DNA of 64,000 bases from an uncultured bacterium. GTDB lineage: Bacteria; Armatimonadota; UBA5829. A program made the position numbers and the translations under genes. Of this stretch, positions 23,334 through 33,638 are shown one piece after another (the stretch's first letter is position 1; every line of letters begins with the position of its first letter). Below the pieces are notes generated by a model. That model saw only the letters and a program-made list of their open reading frames with translations. It was not told the origin of the DNA and did not search any database. The DNA lies in assembly GCA_938074205.1 (NCBI GenBank), contig CALJES010000012.1, forward strand, positions 342,840 through 406,839. The letters are read 5' to 3'.

Positions 23334-24551
23334 ATGCCAGTGGAGAAACACCAAGAAGATACAGACCAGAAGATCGACCGCGATGCGGAACTCGCACGCG
23401 AGAAGCGGCGCTTGCAAACAGTGTTGGATACTGTTCCGTCGGGCATTATCGTTACTGAGGGGCCAGAGTTACGCGTAGCCTTTATGAATCGAAGGTCACA
23501 AGAGTTCTTTCGCGTAAGACCTGAGATTGGCGAACCCCTGCCTTCCTACCTTGCCAACAGCAAGCTGCTACACCCAGACGGAACGCCCTTTGCGGAGGAA
23601 GATCTGCCTATACACAGATCGCTACGGACTGGCGAGGTTGTTTGCGGTGAGGAAATGATAATAGAAACAGAGGATGGTCAGCGCAGTTACCTTTTGCTTG
23701 GCTCAGCGCCTCTGTATGATGAGCACGGCAGGATCTCCGGTGCAGTGGCCTCAACAGAGGACATTACTCCCCTTAGAAAGGCGGAAGAAGCGCTTCGACT
23801 TGCCTACGCCAGGGAGCGGCGTATCTCCGAAACCTTACAGCAAGCTCTACTTCCTGCATTGCCCGAGAGAATCGACGGTTTGCGGATAGCCAGCACTTAT
23901 ATTGCAGCAGTCGAAGAGGCACAGATAGGCGGAGACTTCTACGACGTATTCACGCCCGGGCCTGAGCTTGTCGGGTTGGTTATTGGCGACGTAGCTGGCA
24001 AGGGAGTGCAAGCAGCGGTCCATACAGCGCTCATCAGACAAGCTCTAAAGGCGTATGCATATCTCGACCCCTCGCCAGCATACGTAATGGAAAAGCTCAA
24101 CGATTTGGTACTCAAAGAGACTCCCTCGGAGTTTTTTGTTACCCTCTTCTACGGATTGCTGAACCTCAAGGATCATTCTCTTCACTACGCCAACGCTGGT
24201 CACGAATCTCCATTGTATGTTGATTCGGTTCGGCGGCAAGTTGTTGAAATTCCAAACACCGGTGTGCCATTGGGAATTATCCGGCTTGCCAAATGCGAAC
24301 AAAAAGTAATGCACCTCGAGTATGGTTCAAAGCTGGTGATGTACACCGATGGTGTTACAGAAGCGCGCTCGAATGGGGCACATTTTGGATTGGAGGGACT
24401 CAAGCAATACCTGTTGTTGCACGCGAGTGGTTTCCCGGATGAGCTCATAAATGGGTTAGTTGCACAAGTGCAAGAGTTTACTGGGCAGCACTTGAGAGAT
24501 GACATAGCCTTGTTGGTTGTTGAGTTGGAGCGTGAGGGCGAAGCGAGTTAA
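23334..24551 (+). CDS. PAS domain-containing PP2C-type phosphatase (SpoIIE/RsbU family)
   Basis: 405 aa; N-terminal PAS (VPSGIIVTEGPELRVAFMNRRSQEFF), C-terminal SpoIIE-like PP2C (GGDFYDV...GDVAGKG...YTDGVTE). Confidence 0.85.
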   Translation: MPVEKHQEDTDQKIDRDAELAREKRRLQTVLDTVPSGIIVTEGPELRVAFMNRRSQEFFRVRPEIGEPLPSYLANSKLLHPDGTPFAEEDLPIHRSLRTGEVVCGEEMIIETEDGQRSYLLLGSAPLYDEHGRISGAVASTEDITPLRKAEEALRLAYARERRISETLQQALLPALPERIDGLRIASTYIAAVEEAQIGGDFYDVFTPGPELVGLVIGDVAGKGVQAAVHTALIRQALKAYAYLDPSPAYVMEKLNDLVLKETPSEFFVTLFYGLLNLKDHSLHYANAGHESPLYVDSVRRQVVEIPNTGVPLGIIRLAKCEQKVMHLEYGSKLVMYTDGVTEARSNGAHFGLEGLKQYLLLHASGFPDELINGLVAQVQEFTGQHLRDDIALLVVELEREGEAS

Positions 24552-24633
24552 AGCCATTGCAGGTTGTTGGGTTTACAGGAATAAAAGATTGGACTGTTGA
24601 GAAGAGGTAGTTTGTTTGAGCGACAGTTTGATG

Positions 24634-24663
24634 TTGACAACAAGATCTAAATTCGGGTAATTT
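24634..24663 (+). promoter_or_regulatory. sigma70-like promoter for tRNA-Gln (TTGACA-18-TAATTT)
   Basis: -35 24634-24639, -10 24658-24663, about 10 nt upstream of mature tRNA 5' end. Confidence 0.4.
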
Positions 24664-24673
24664 AATAATGTGC

Positions 24674-24749
24674 TGCCGACTAGCTCAATTGGCAGAGCGT
24701 CTGACTCTGGATCAGAAGGTTCTAGGTTCGAGCCCTAGGTCGGCAGCCA
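24674..24749 (+). tRNA. tRNA-Gln (anticodon CTG), CCA encoded
   Basis: manual cloverleaf fold: acceptor TGCCGAC/GTCGGCA, D-stem GCTC/GAGC, anticodon stem TCTGA/TCAGA with loop CTCTGGA (anticodon CTG), T-stem CTAGG/CCTAG with loop TTCGAGC, discriminator G, 3' CCA. Confidence 0.85.
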
Positions 24750-24905
24750 TTTGTATGTACGCTCAAAACCATTATCCGAATAAGCTGAATAGGTAACGCG
24801 TGGGTAGATCTTAATCCAACCCTGGACAGCCGACGGACGAAATTTGACAGTGCTATGTCTCAACCGTATAATCGTCTCGCCAAGCTCACTTTCTGGAGGA
24901 GACAA

Positions 24906-25487
24906 ATGAAACACAGTGCACTCATCTGTGCTACCGCAGTATTATTGATGCTCTTGCCATCTTTTGCTAATGCGCAATTCAGATCGCCAGATACCAGCCC
25001 TCTTGGATTCAATATATCTTGGTATGTACCTTCTGACAGCGACCTAAAAGACATCCGAAGCGGTTGGCTTGGAGCAACCATTCAGTATAACTTCCGGCGA
25101 GACCAATTAGGACGTCCGACAGCAGTTGCTGAGATCGAGTGGCTTTCGGCGGACACGTCAACTGGCAAGGCCAATTTGCTGCCCGTAAGGGTATCAACCA
25201 TCAAGCGGTTCGGTGATGAGGAAAAGTGCTGGTTCGTTACCGCTGGTATCGGTGTTTACGCATTAAGACACAAGTACTGGGGCTACAACCCGGGAACCAA
25301 TACCTACGGTTGGAATTCTGACGGCGGTGAAAAGCTGGGCTATGTGGTCAGTGTTGGTCGCGAGTTAGGCAACGGACTCTATGTTGAACTCACACATCAG
25401 GGGATTGCAAAGCTGAGTCGGGAAGTTGGCGGAAAAACTGATTTCAGCGGTTGGACGATACGGTTTGGAACTCGCTTGGCTTACTAG
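24906..25487 (+). CDS. putative outer-membrane beta-barrel protein (signal peptide, C-terminal aromatic residue)
   Basis: 193 aa from internal ATG with GGAGGA RBS; signal peptide MKHSALICATAVLLMLLPSFANA; alternating hydrophobic pattern, ends in Y. Confidence 0.5.
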   Translation: MKHSALICATAVLLMLLPSFANAQFRSPDTSPLGFNISWYVPSDSDLKDIRSGWLGATIQYNFRRDQLGRPTAVAEIEWLSADTSTGKANLLPVRVSTIKRFGDEEKCWFVTAGIGVYALRHKYWGYNPGTNTYGWNSDGGEKLGYVVSVGRELGNGLYVELTHQGIAKLSREVGGKTDFSGWTIRFGTRLAY

Positions 25488-26857
25488 TGGCGAAGACAAG
25501 AACAAGATATGTATGCCAGTCCTGCGGATATGAATCTCCGAAGTGGGTAGGACGCTGTCCTGACTGTGACGAGTGGGCTACCCTCATTGAAGAAACCGTC
25601 GAGGAAACCTCTCCTAATAAGCGTTCAGCTGTTCCCAGCACAGCAGCGGTCGCCGTTCCGATAAACGAGCTCAGCGCCGCAGGTGCACAAAGGGTCAGCT
25701 GTGGGCTTTCTGAGTTCGACCGAGTTCTCGGAGGCGGTGTTGTCGACGGGTCTCTGGTGCTTATCGGTGGTGATCCGGGCATCGGGAAATCTACAATACT
25801 GATGCAAGTTGCCAACAACCTTAGCACTAGCGCAGGGCGGGTACTGTACGTTTCGGGAGAAGAGTCAGCAGAACAAATTAAGCTTCGCGGAAATCGCATC
25901 GGCGTAGAATCACCCGAGCTTTATGTTGTGACCGAGACGAACATCGATGCAGTGCAAGACTGTATCGAGAGGCTTGCGCCAAGCTACGTGGTGATCGACT
26001 CCATTCAAACAATGTATGATCCCGGCATCTCATCCGCACCTGGAACTGTCAGCCAGGTGAGAAGCTGTACAGGCGCATTCGCTAATCTAGCCAAGGGAAA
26101 AGGGATATCGGTTTTCATAGTGGGTCATGTCACGAAGGAAGGCTCGCTGGCTGGCCCGCGGGTGCTGGAACACATGGTTGACACAGTCCTATATTTTGAA
26201 GGCGACAGGCATCAGACTTATCGGGTGTTACGCGCAGTTAAGAACAGATTCGGCTCGACCGACGAAGTCGGCGTCTTCGAAATGCGGGAGTCCGGCCTTG
26301 AAGAGGTGCCGAATCCCTCTGAGGCCTTTCTAGCTGAACGCCCTGTGCACGGCGTAGGATCAGTGGTTACGTCGACCATGGAGGGTTCTCGTCCTCTCCT
26401 GGTAGAGATTCAGGCTCTTGTCGCGCCATCATTTTATGCAAGTCCTCGGCGCATGGCTACAGGAGTAGACTACAACAAAATGTTAATGATAATCGCTGTA
26501 TTGGAAAAACGGGTTGGGCTACCGCTCGGAAACAAGGATGTATACGTAAACGTGGCAGGGGGCGTGCGAGTTATAGAACCTGCTGCTGACCTGGCTATCG
26601 CAGTTTCGATTGCTTCCAGCCTTATGGACAGACCAGTCGATCCGAATACTATCGCGCTGGGCGAAATAGGACTGGCAGGTGAAATCCGCTCAGTGGGGAG
26701 ACTCGATGCTCGCTTGAGAGAAGCTGCTCGGCTGGGCTTTGCTCGTGCTGTTGTTGCCTTACGAAGTGATCGAGGCCTAAGAAGGGACTACTCAATTAGA
26801 GCTGTGGGTGTTCCAAACTTGAAAGAAGCGATAGACGCAGCGCTGGAGTCAGCGTAG
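25487..26857 (+). CDS. radA: DNA repair protein RadA/Sms
   Basis: N-terminal C4 zinc finger (CQSCGYESPKWVGRCPDCDEW), RecA-like ATPase (GDPGIGKST), KNRFG motif, Lon-protease-like C-terminal domain; probable GTG start at 25487 overlapping preceding stop. Confidence 0.93.
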   Translation: MAKTRTRYVCQSCGYESPKWVGRCPDCDEWATLIEETVEETSPNKRSAVPSTAAVAVPINELSAAGAQRVSCGLSEFDRVLGGGVVDGSLVLIGGDPGIGKSTILMQVANNLSTSAGRVLYVSGEESAEQIKLRGNRIGVESPELYVVTETNIDAVQDCIERLAPSYVVIDSIQTMYDPGISSAPGTVSQVRSCTGAFANLAKGKGISVFIVGHVTKEGSLAGPRVLEHMVDTVLYFEGDRHQTYRVLRAVKNRFGSTDEVGVFEMRESGLEEVPNPSEAFLAERPVHGVGSVVTSTMEGSRPLLVEIQALVAPSFYASPRRMATGVDYNKMLMIIAVLEKRVGLPLGNKDVYVNVAGGVRVIEPAADLAIAVSIASSLMDRPVDPNTIALGEIGLAGEIRSVGRLDARLREAARLGFARAVVALRSDRGLRRDYSIRAVGVPNLKEAIDAALESA

Positions 26858-26923
26858 CTACTGAACCCGTTCATCATCCGTCCGACGAGAAGCACAACAA
26901 GACCTAAGAAGTACTTCAAAACG

Positions 26924-27826
26924 ATGAGTGAAGACCTAATCAAAAAGATAAGAGAGCTAAAGAAAAAACGCGAAGCCATAATACTTGCCCACAACTATCA
27001 GCTGCCTGAAGTGCAAGAAATCGCCGATATCACGGGAGATTCACTTGAGCTTTCGCGTGCAGCGGCTCGAACAGAAGCCAAGGTAATAGTTTTCTGCGGC
27101 GTCCATTTTATGGCGGAAACCGCAAAGGTGCTGAGCTCTGCAAAGACCGTTCTGCTGCCTGACGAACAAGCAGGTTGTCCTATGGCGGATATGATCACAC
27201 GGGAACAGCTTCTGGAATTCAAGTCCGCTCATCCGGGAATTCCTGTCGTTGCCTATGTGAATACCTCGGCGGAAGTCAAAGCTGAAAGCGATATCTGCTG
27301 CACTTCTGCAAATGCCGTGCGCGTGGTGGAATCTCTGGAATCCAGAGAAATACTGTTCGTGCCGGACAAGTCGCTCGCCGCCTATGTGGCTTCAAAGACG
27401 AGTAAGACGATAATACCCTACTGCGGGTATTGTCCTACCCACCACCGAATACTTGCCAGCGACGTTCTTCGAGCAAAGAGGGAACATCCCGAAGCATTGG
27501 TAATTGCGCATCCTGAGTGCACTATGGATGTTATTTCCCTTGCCGACGCTGTGGAAAGCACGTCGGGCATGCTGAGATTTGTGGCTGCAAGCCAGGCGAA
27601 AGAGTTCATAATCTGCACCGAGAGAGGACTGCTCTACAGACTCAAAAAGGAAAATCCGAACAAGGTCTTCTACAATCCGAGTCCGGTGAACGTGTGTCCC
27701 AATATGAAAAAGATAAACCTGGAGAAGATCCTTTGGAGTTTGGAGGATATGCAGCCTGCGATCGAATTACCAGAAGACGTGATCACTCGTGCTCGCTGCG
27801 CTATAGAAAGGATGATAGCGCTATGA
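26924..27826 (+). CDS. nadA: quinolinate synthase
   Basis: 300 aa; three-repeat NadA fold with conserved Cys ligands and ILAHNYQ motif. Confidence 0.93.
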   Translation: MSEDLIKKIRELKKKREAIILAHNYQLPEVQEIADITGDSLELSRAAARTEAKVIVFCGVHFMAETAKVLSSAKTVLLPDEQAGCPMADMITREQLLEFKSAHPGIPVVAYVNTSAEVKAESDICCTSANAVRVVESLESREILFVPDKSLAAYVASKTSKTIIPYCGYCPTHHRILASDVLRAKREHPEALVIAHPECTMDVISLADAVESTSGMLRFVAASQAKEFIICTERGLLYRLKKENPNKVFYNPSPVNVCPNMKKINLEKILWSLEDMQPAIELPEDVITRARCAIERMIAL

Positions 27827-28659
27827 CGCGGTTGGAGCTGCTTGCGGTGGAACCAATAGTAAGGCGAGCTCTTGAAGAGGATTTGGGTAATGGGGACATA
27901 ACCACTGCTCTGACTGTCCCCAGATCAGCTCGTGCGGATGCTAGGATTGTGTCCAAGGCCGCGGGCGTACTTGCAGGAATCGACGTTGCACGCATGGTGT
28001 TCACAATGCTCGACTCGCGCCTGACATTTGAGCCGCATCTTGAGGACGGCGCAAGATTTGAGCGGGGCACGGTTATCGCCAATGTGGTTGGCAACGCTGC
28101 TGAGATTCTCAGCGGAGAAAGGGTGGCGCTGAATTTCCTACAGCGTATGTGCGGAATAGCGACGCTAACATCCGAGTATGTAGCCCGGGTTTCTCACACG
28201 AAAGCGAAAATTATTGATACTAGAAAAACGGTGCCAGGTTTGCGCTGTCTCGACAAGTACTCAGTCAGAGTCGGGGGCGGATATAACCACAGGTGTGGGT
28301 TGTATGACGGAATACTCATCAAAGACAACCATATTACCGTTGCGGGAGGCATTGCGTCTGCCGTGCGTGCGGCAAAGAGCAAAGCGCCCCACACGTTGTT
28401 GGTTGAGGTAGAAGTCAGGAACCTTGACGAGCTCAAAGAAGCGATTGAGTCGGGAGCCGACTCCGTATTGCTCGATAATATGAGCATTGAAATGTTGAGC
28501 AAGGCGGTGCAATTAGCTGACGGAAGGGTCATTCTGGAAGCTTCCGGAGGAATAACTTTGGAAAACGTTGCGGCGATTGCTGAAACAGGGGTCGATCTTA
28601 TATCAGTGGGTGCGTTGACTCACAGCGCTCCCGCCATTGACATCAGCATGGAGTTTTGA
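27823..28659 (+). CDS. nadC: nicotinate-nucleotide pyrophosphorylase (carboxylating)
   Basis: ~278 aa from ATG overlapping nadA stop (ATGA); QPRTase N- and C-terminal domains (ILIKDNHI, LLDNM motifs). Confidence 0.9.
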   Translation: MTRLELLAVEPIVRRALEEDLGNGDITTALTVPRSARADARIVSKAAGVLAGIDVARMVFTMLDSRLTFEPHLEDGARFERGTVIANVVGNAAEILSGERVALNFLQRMCGIATLTSEYVARVSHTKAKIIDTRKTVPGLRCLDKYSVRVGGGYNHRCGLYDGILIKDNHITVAGGIASAVRAAKSKAPHTLLVEVEVRNLDELKEAIESGADSVLLDNMSIEMLSKAVQLADGRVILEASGGITLENVAAIAETGVDLISVGALTHSAPAIDISMEF

Positions 28660-29420
28660 GGCGTTTTCAGTGGCCCACCATGCTAAGGCCTGTATTTGTA
28701 TATTTCGAAGTAGTGAGCTCCACTAACGATGTAGGGCTAGAGCTGGCCAAAACCGGGGCTGCGGAGGGCACAGTTGTTGTGGCGCACAGTCAATACGCCG
28801 GTCGGGGAAGACGAGGTCGTGTTTGGTTGGACGAGCCGGGTTCGTCTGTGTTGATGAGCGCAATATTGCGCCCACGATTGCCCTCGGAAAGATTACACGA
28901 ACTTTCATTTGTTGCGTCCCTCGCCGTTGCGGAAAGCCTCAGAGAACAGTTTGGATTACAGTGCGCGCTCAAATGGCCGAATGACGTGCTGGTAGGCTCG
29001 CGCAAAATATGCGGTATTCTCGTAGAAACGACTGGAGCATCTTCCGAGGCGGCAGCCGTGGTCGGAATAGGCGTCAATGTTAACCAGACTGAGTTTCCGA
29101 GTGAAATCGCGGAAGAAGCGACGTCCATTGCACTGGAAACTGGCTCAAGGCAGGATGTCCGAGCTGCAGCGGAGAAAATGGGCATAGCGCTCTTGAATTG
29201 GTATGATGCTTACCGCTTAAGAGGATTCAAAGAGATTCTCGATCGCTGGCGAACATATATGTGTGGTGTGGGCACCCGTGCGGAAATGATGGTTAGTAAG
29301 AAACGGATAGTCGGTGAGATCCTGGGAGTAGATGAGCATGGTAGGCTGAACTTGCTGGATAATGCTGGCAGAATTCACAGTATCCCTTGGGCAGACTACT
29401 TTTCGTTTCGACCGTTGTAA
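28656..29420 (+). CDS. birA: biotin-[acetyl-CoA-carboxylase] ligase (group I, no HTH)
   Basis: 254 aa; GRGRRGRVW motif, KWPNDV motif, C-terminal SH3-like domain; 4-nt overlap with nadC. Confidence 0.85.
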   Translation: MRRFQWPTMLRPVFVYFEVVSSTNDVGLELAKTGAAEGTVVVAHSQYAGRGRRGRVWLDEPGSSVLMSAILRPRLPSERLHELSFVASLAVAESLREQFGLQCALKWPNDVLVGSRKICGILVETTGASSEAAAVVGIGVNVNQTEFPSEIAEEATSIALETGSRQDVRAAAEKMGIALLNWYDAYRLRGFKEILDRWRTYMCGVGTRAEMMVSKKRIVGEILGVDEHGRLNLLDNAGRIHSIPWADYFSFRPL

Positions 29421-29440
29421 ACTATACGACTTGGAGGTAG

Positions 29441-30682
29441 TTGATGAATAAGGCGAAAGCTATTCTGTTGGTGGCAGACGGCCTCGGAGATAGGCCTATC
29501 AAGTCTTTGGGCAACAAGACTCCCCTGGAGGCAGCAAATAAACCGAACCTGGACAAGCTGGCAAAAGAGGGTGAATGCGGCTTGATGGATCCTATCGCTC
29601 CGGGCGTAAGAGCAGGAAGTGATACTTCGCATCTTGCGATACTGGGTTATGACCCATACAAGTACTACACCGGACGAGGGCCATTCGAGGCTGCCGGTAT
29701 AGGCATGGACGTCAAGCAGGGCGATGTGGCGTTCAGATGTAACTTCTCGACAGTCGACGAGAATATGGTGGTAGTGGATCGACGTGCCGGGCGCATAACC
29801 AGCGGGACCGAGCAGCTTGCGTCAGCGGTTAATGGCTTGGACCTTGACGGCATTCAAGCCATATTTAAGGAATCAGTGGCCCATCGCGGTGCTTTGATCC
29901 TGCGGGGTGCGAACTTGTCCGCCAACATTACGGACACCGACCCACACCACGAAGGCGAGAAAGTCCTGACTTGCGAGCCGCTTGACCCTAGCGACGAAAA
30001 CGCGGTGCGAACGGCAAGAGCAGTAAACGAGTTTGTTCGTCGTTCGTATGAGATACTCAAGGATCACCCGGTAAATAAAGAGCGGGTTGCTCAGGGTTTG
30101 AAGCCAGCTAACATTATCCTGCCGCGTGGTGGCGGGATAGGGCCCTCTATTGAGTCTTTCGAAAAGGAGTATGGGCTGAAAGCAGCTTGTGTTGCAGAAA
30201 CAGGATTGATCAACGGCGTTGCGCGGTATGTGAGGATGGACATTACCGAAGTGCCCGGCGCAACAGGAGGCCCGGATTCGAACCTTTTGAACATGGCACA
30301 GGCCGTGATTGAGCAACTCAAAACGCACGACTTTGTATTGTGCAATGTGAAGGGTGCAGACGTCGGTGGCCATGATAACGCACCGCAGGTTAAGCTTGAT
30401 ATGATAGCAAAGCTTGATGAGATGGTAGGATTCATTATGTCGCATCTTCCCGAAAACACCTACGTGATTTTGACGGCTGACCATTCAACTCCGTGTGCCG
30501 TGAAGGACCATTCTGGGGATCCCGTACCAATTGTCTTCTGGGGAGAAGGCGTTCGCGTGGACAGGTGCGAGTGCTATGATGAGAGGTCAGTAACCGCGGG
30601 GGGTCTGGGGCGAATTCGCGGAATTGACATAATGAAAATACTCACGCAACTTATGGGTGTGCAGGAGAAGTTTGGGGCCTAG
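29441..30682 (+). CDS. apgM: cofactor-independent phosphoglycerate mutase, archaeal type
   Basis: 413 aa; [14 protein letters not shown]-terminus and alkaline-phosphatase-superfamily metal-site residues typical of ApgM. Confidence 0.85.
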   Translation: MMNKAKAILLVADGLGDRPIKSLGNKTPLEAANKPNLDKLAKEGECGLMDPIAPGVRAGSDTSHLAILGYDPYKYYTGRGPFEAAGIGMDVKQGDVAFRCNFSTVDENMVVVDRRAGRITSGTEQLASAVNGLDLDGIQAIFKESVAHRGALILRGANLSANITDTDPHHEGEKVLTCEPLDPSDENAVRTARAVNEFVRRSYEILKDHPVNKERVAQGLKPANIILPRGGGIGPSIESFEKEYGLKAACVAETGLINGVARYVRMDITEVPGATGGPDSNLLNMAQAVIEQLKTHDFVLCNVKGADVGGHDNAPQVKLDMIAKLDEMVGFIMSHLPENTYVILTADHSTPCAVKDHSGDPVPIVFWGEGVRVDRCECYDERSVTAGGLGRIRGIDIMKILTQLMGVQEKFGA

Positions 30683-30724
30683 GCGCAGGTTGCCCCGAAG
30701 TTCGAGGTTGGAGGCGCTACGTGT

Positions 30725-32221
30725 ATGGCTAAGGACTCGAAGTTTTTGGCTATCGATCTTGGTGCGGAAAGCGGACGGGCGCTTTTGGGCATCATCAAGA
30801 ACAACAAGTTGGAACTGCGCGAGGTGCACAGGTTCCCCAATGGACCTGTCAATGTGCTTGGACACCTGCATTGGGATGTGCTTAAGCAGTTTTCCGACAT
30901 CAAGGAGAGCATTAGACTAGCGCTCCGCGAGGCTGACGGAGCCATCGACGGAATCGGTGTAGATACCTGGGGTGTGGACTTCGGTCTTTTGGGAGAAGAC
31001 GGCGAGCTTTTGATGCTGCCATACCATTACCGAGATAGTCGAACCAACGGAATGATGGAAAAGGCTTTCGAAAGGGTGCCTCGTCGCCAGATATTCGAGC
31101 GCACTGGAATTCAGTTTATGCAGCTAAACACCATATTCCAACTCTACGCTATGGTAGACAGCGGCTCTCCCGCACTGAAGAGCGCCTCAACCTTGCTTAT
31201 GATGCCAGATCTGTTCAATTACTGGCTCACGGGTGAGAAACTCAGCGAGTTCACAATTGCCACTACGTCCATGCTGTATGATCCAAGATCTGACGGCTGG
31301 GCGACAGACCTTGCTGAGTCACTAGGGATCCCACCTCGAATCTTCCCACTCATTATTCAGCCCGGAACAGTTATAGGCCACCTCCATGAGAGTATCACCT
31401 CGGAGCTGGGGTCAGGAGAAGGAGTTCCTGTGGTCGCACCAGCAACCCACGACACAGGCAGCGCTGTTGCAGCGGTTCCGGCTATGGGTGAAGGACACGC
31501 TTATCTGAGTTCTGGCACATGGTCACTGATGGGTGTGGAACTGCGCGAACCGTTAATCAACGAAGCGTCTTATGAAAGAAACTACACGAATGAGGGTGGC
31601 GTTTGCGGTATGTTCCGCTTCCTCAAGAACATAATGGGCCTGTGGATCGTTCAGGAATGTCGCAGAGCATGGGTTGCAAGTGGAGAAGAGTTCACATATG
31701 CTGATTTGACTGAGATGGCTGCTGAGTCTCCAGCATTCAGGTCCATTATCAATCCAGATGACCCACTTTTCTTGCCTCCAGGCGACATGCCTCAACGTGT
31801 GCAACATTTCTGCAAAGTAACCAGCCAACCAATCCCCGAAACGAAGGGCGAAATAGTACGCTGTATACTTGACAGTTTGTCTTTGCGGTATCGAGCGACT
31901 GTCGAAGACCTTGATGAAATGTTGGGCCGCAGACACGAGCCTATCCATATAGTCGGTGGCGGAACACAGAACAAGCTTCTGTCACAGTTAACAGCAGACG
32001 TCACAGGCCGAAAGGTTATAGCTGGACCAGTGGAGGCAACAGCGACAGGAAACGTGCTCGTTCAAGCAATGGGCAGAGGATTTGTCGAGTCACTTGAGGA
32101 AGTTCGGCAGATCGTACGCAACTCGTTCGAACTTGAAACCTACGAGCCAAGAGAAGCGCCAGGCATCGATGAAGCATATACCAGATTCAAGCAGATAGCG
32201 TCTCAGCCATTGGTAAGCTAA
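30725..32221 (+). CDS. FGGY family carbohydrate kinase (rhamnulokinase-like)
   Basis: 498 aa; LAIDLGAESGRALLG N-terminal actin-like fold and HRFPNGPV...HWDV pattern resembling RhaB. Confidence 0.8.
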   Translation: MAKDSKFLAIDLGAESGRALLGIIKNNKLELREVHRFPNGPVNVLGHLHWDVLKQFSDIKESIRLALREADGAIDGIGVDTWGVDFGLLGEDGELLMLPYHYRDSRTNGMMEKAFERVPRRQIFERTGIQFMQLNTIFQLYAMVDSGSPALKSASTLLMMPDLFNYWLTGEKLSEFTIATTSMLYDPRSDGWATDLAESLGIPPRIFPLIIQPGTVIGHLHESITSELGSGEGVPVVAPATHDTGSAVAAVPAMGEGHAYLSSGTWSLMGVELREPLINEASYERNYTNEGGVCGMFRFLKNIMGLWIVQECRRAWVASGEEFTYADLTEMAAESPAFRSIINPDDPLFLPPGDMPQRVQHFCKVTSQPIPETKGEIVRCILDSLSLRYRATVEDLDEMLGRRHEPIHIVGGGTQNKLLSQLTADVTGRKVIAGPVEATATGNVLVQAMGRGFVESLEEVRQIVRNSFELETYEPREAPGIDEAYTRFKQIASQPLVS

Positions 32222-32236
32222 AGGGCGCAGGGTCTG

Positions 32237-33448
32237 TTATAAGTTATTGCGGCGACGATATTTCCGCAGGCCGACGATCTGGATCAGAGCACCGGACACG
32301 ATCATCACAGCGCTCAGGGCAAAAATCGCTCGTGGGGAGAGAAGTCCAGACTGTTGCAGCGCCGCTCCGAGAAAAGGCGCGACGACACCTCTGAATCCCA
32401 TAAGGCTAAGGAATAAGCCTTGGTAGCTCGTTACACGATCTTCGGGAGCAAAATACAGCACACCGCTGAAATACGATAGCTCCAGACCCGCATTTGCTAT
32501 GCCGGCTATGATCATCGCGGGAAGCAGCATCCACGGCTGCGTGGCAAAACAGTAGATAACAGGCACCATGGCGAACATCAGCGTCTGAACAGCAACTGCA
32601 ACTTGGGGACTTCTCCTGTCAGTGTACGGGCCCCAGTATGCATAGGCGAATGTCATAGTTAGCGCGGCGATAATTGAGTAGATACCTGCCCAAGTCGTAT
32701 CGACCCCTATTTCTACCTGATACACAGTATATATCGGCGTCGCTAAAAAGTTGGCAAACCCAAAGACGAATATCCCCGCACAAAACCAAGCAAATCCAAG
32801 GTCATCACGCAGAATCATCAAGCCGCTGCCAACAAATTGATGGAGCGGAACGTCGGCATTGCCCTCCGCTTTCGTGGTCTTGATGCGACCGAATACAAGT
32901 GCGGATGCTACTCCGAACAAGGCAGCGGCCGGAAACACAAACCGATAGTTGTAACCTTTCACTAGGGGAGCTGCTAGGGCAGTTACGACCACATATGCGG
33001 CAATTGTGCAAACCCGAGCATATCCCATTATCTTGGAGCGATCGTTGTCCGGATATACCTCCTTCATAACTGCGGAATATGCCGGCTGTGCAACCGAGGC
33101 AATGAAAGAGGTAATCGCGAAGATTCCCACAAACAGCCATGACCGTGTGGCCGCTACACATAAGACCAAAAGCGCCCGCGCAATTACCCAGGACCAGACT
33201 GCAAATGGCATCTTTGGCCGGCCTTCCATGATGTTCGCCCAGACCAGCGACAAAAGATAGCCGGCCATGGGAGCTACCGAAAGCAAACTGATTTCAAGAG
33301 CCGAAGCGTGTAGGGTTTTACGAGCGATTACCGCTACAAATGGAGCTGTGAGCCCCGACATAACAGCTCCCAGAATCCCAGCTACAGCATCGCACTTGTA
33401 GGCAGATCGAGCATCAGGAGGCACAGAATTGGCAAAAGGAACCCACAT
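32237..33448 (-). CDS. MFS transporter
   Basis: 403 aa; 12 TM helices. Confidence 0.8.
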   Translation of the reverse strand: MWVPFANSVPPDARSAYKCDAVAGILGAVMSGLTAPFVAVIARKTLHASALEISLLSVAPMAGYLLSLVWANIMEGRPKMPFAVWSWVIARALLVLCVAATRSWLFVGIFAITSFIASVAQPAYSAVMKEVYPDNDRSKIMGYARVCTIAAYVVVTALAAPLVKGYNYRFVFPAAALFGVASALVFGRIKTTKAEGNADVPLHQFVGSGLMILRDDLGFAWFCAGIFVFGFANFLATPIYTVYQVEIGVDTTWAGIYSIIAALTMTFAYAYWGPYTDRRSPQVAVAVQTLMFAMVPVIYCFATQPWMLLPAMIIAGIANAGLELSYFSGVLYFAPEDRVTSYQGLFLSLMGFRGVVAPFLGAALQQSGLLSPRAIFALSAVMIVSGALIQIVGLRKYRRRNNL

Positions 33449-33638
33449 ATTCGCACATTAGATGTGTCTTAGTATTCTGCGAAAGGGTATAATTTCTCCA
33501 GTCAGAAGACCCACTACGCTGACGGAGGCGACGCCCTAGAGGTTGAGTTATTGACCAGTGTCTTTCGTTCCTGCGTTGGAGTCGGGTCGGGTTATTGGCT
33601 AATGATATCACCAAAAGACAATCACAGGGGGAATTCAG

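Noticed and set aside
24750-24905. Integrase or genomic island inserted at the tRNA-Gln gene
   Set aside because: No integrase, direct repeat of the tRNA 3' end, or compositional shift. The downstream genes (OMP, radA, nadAC) are core housekeeping.
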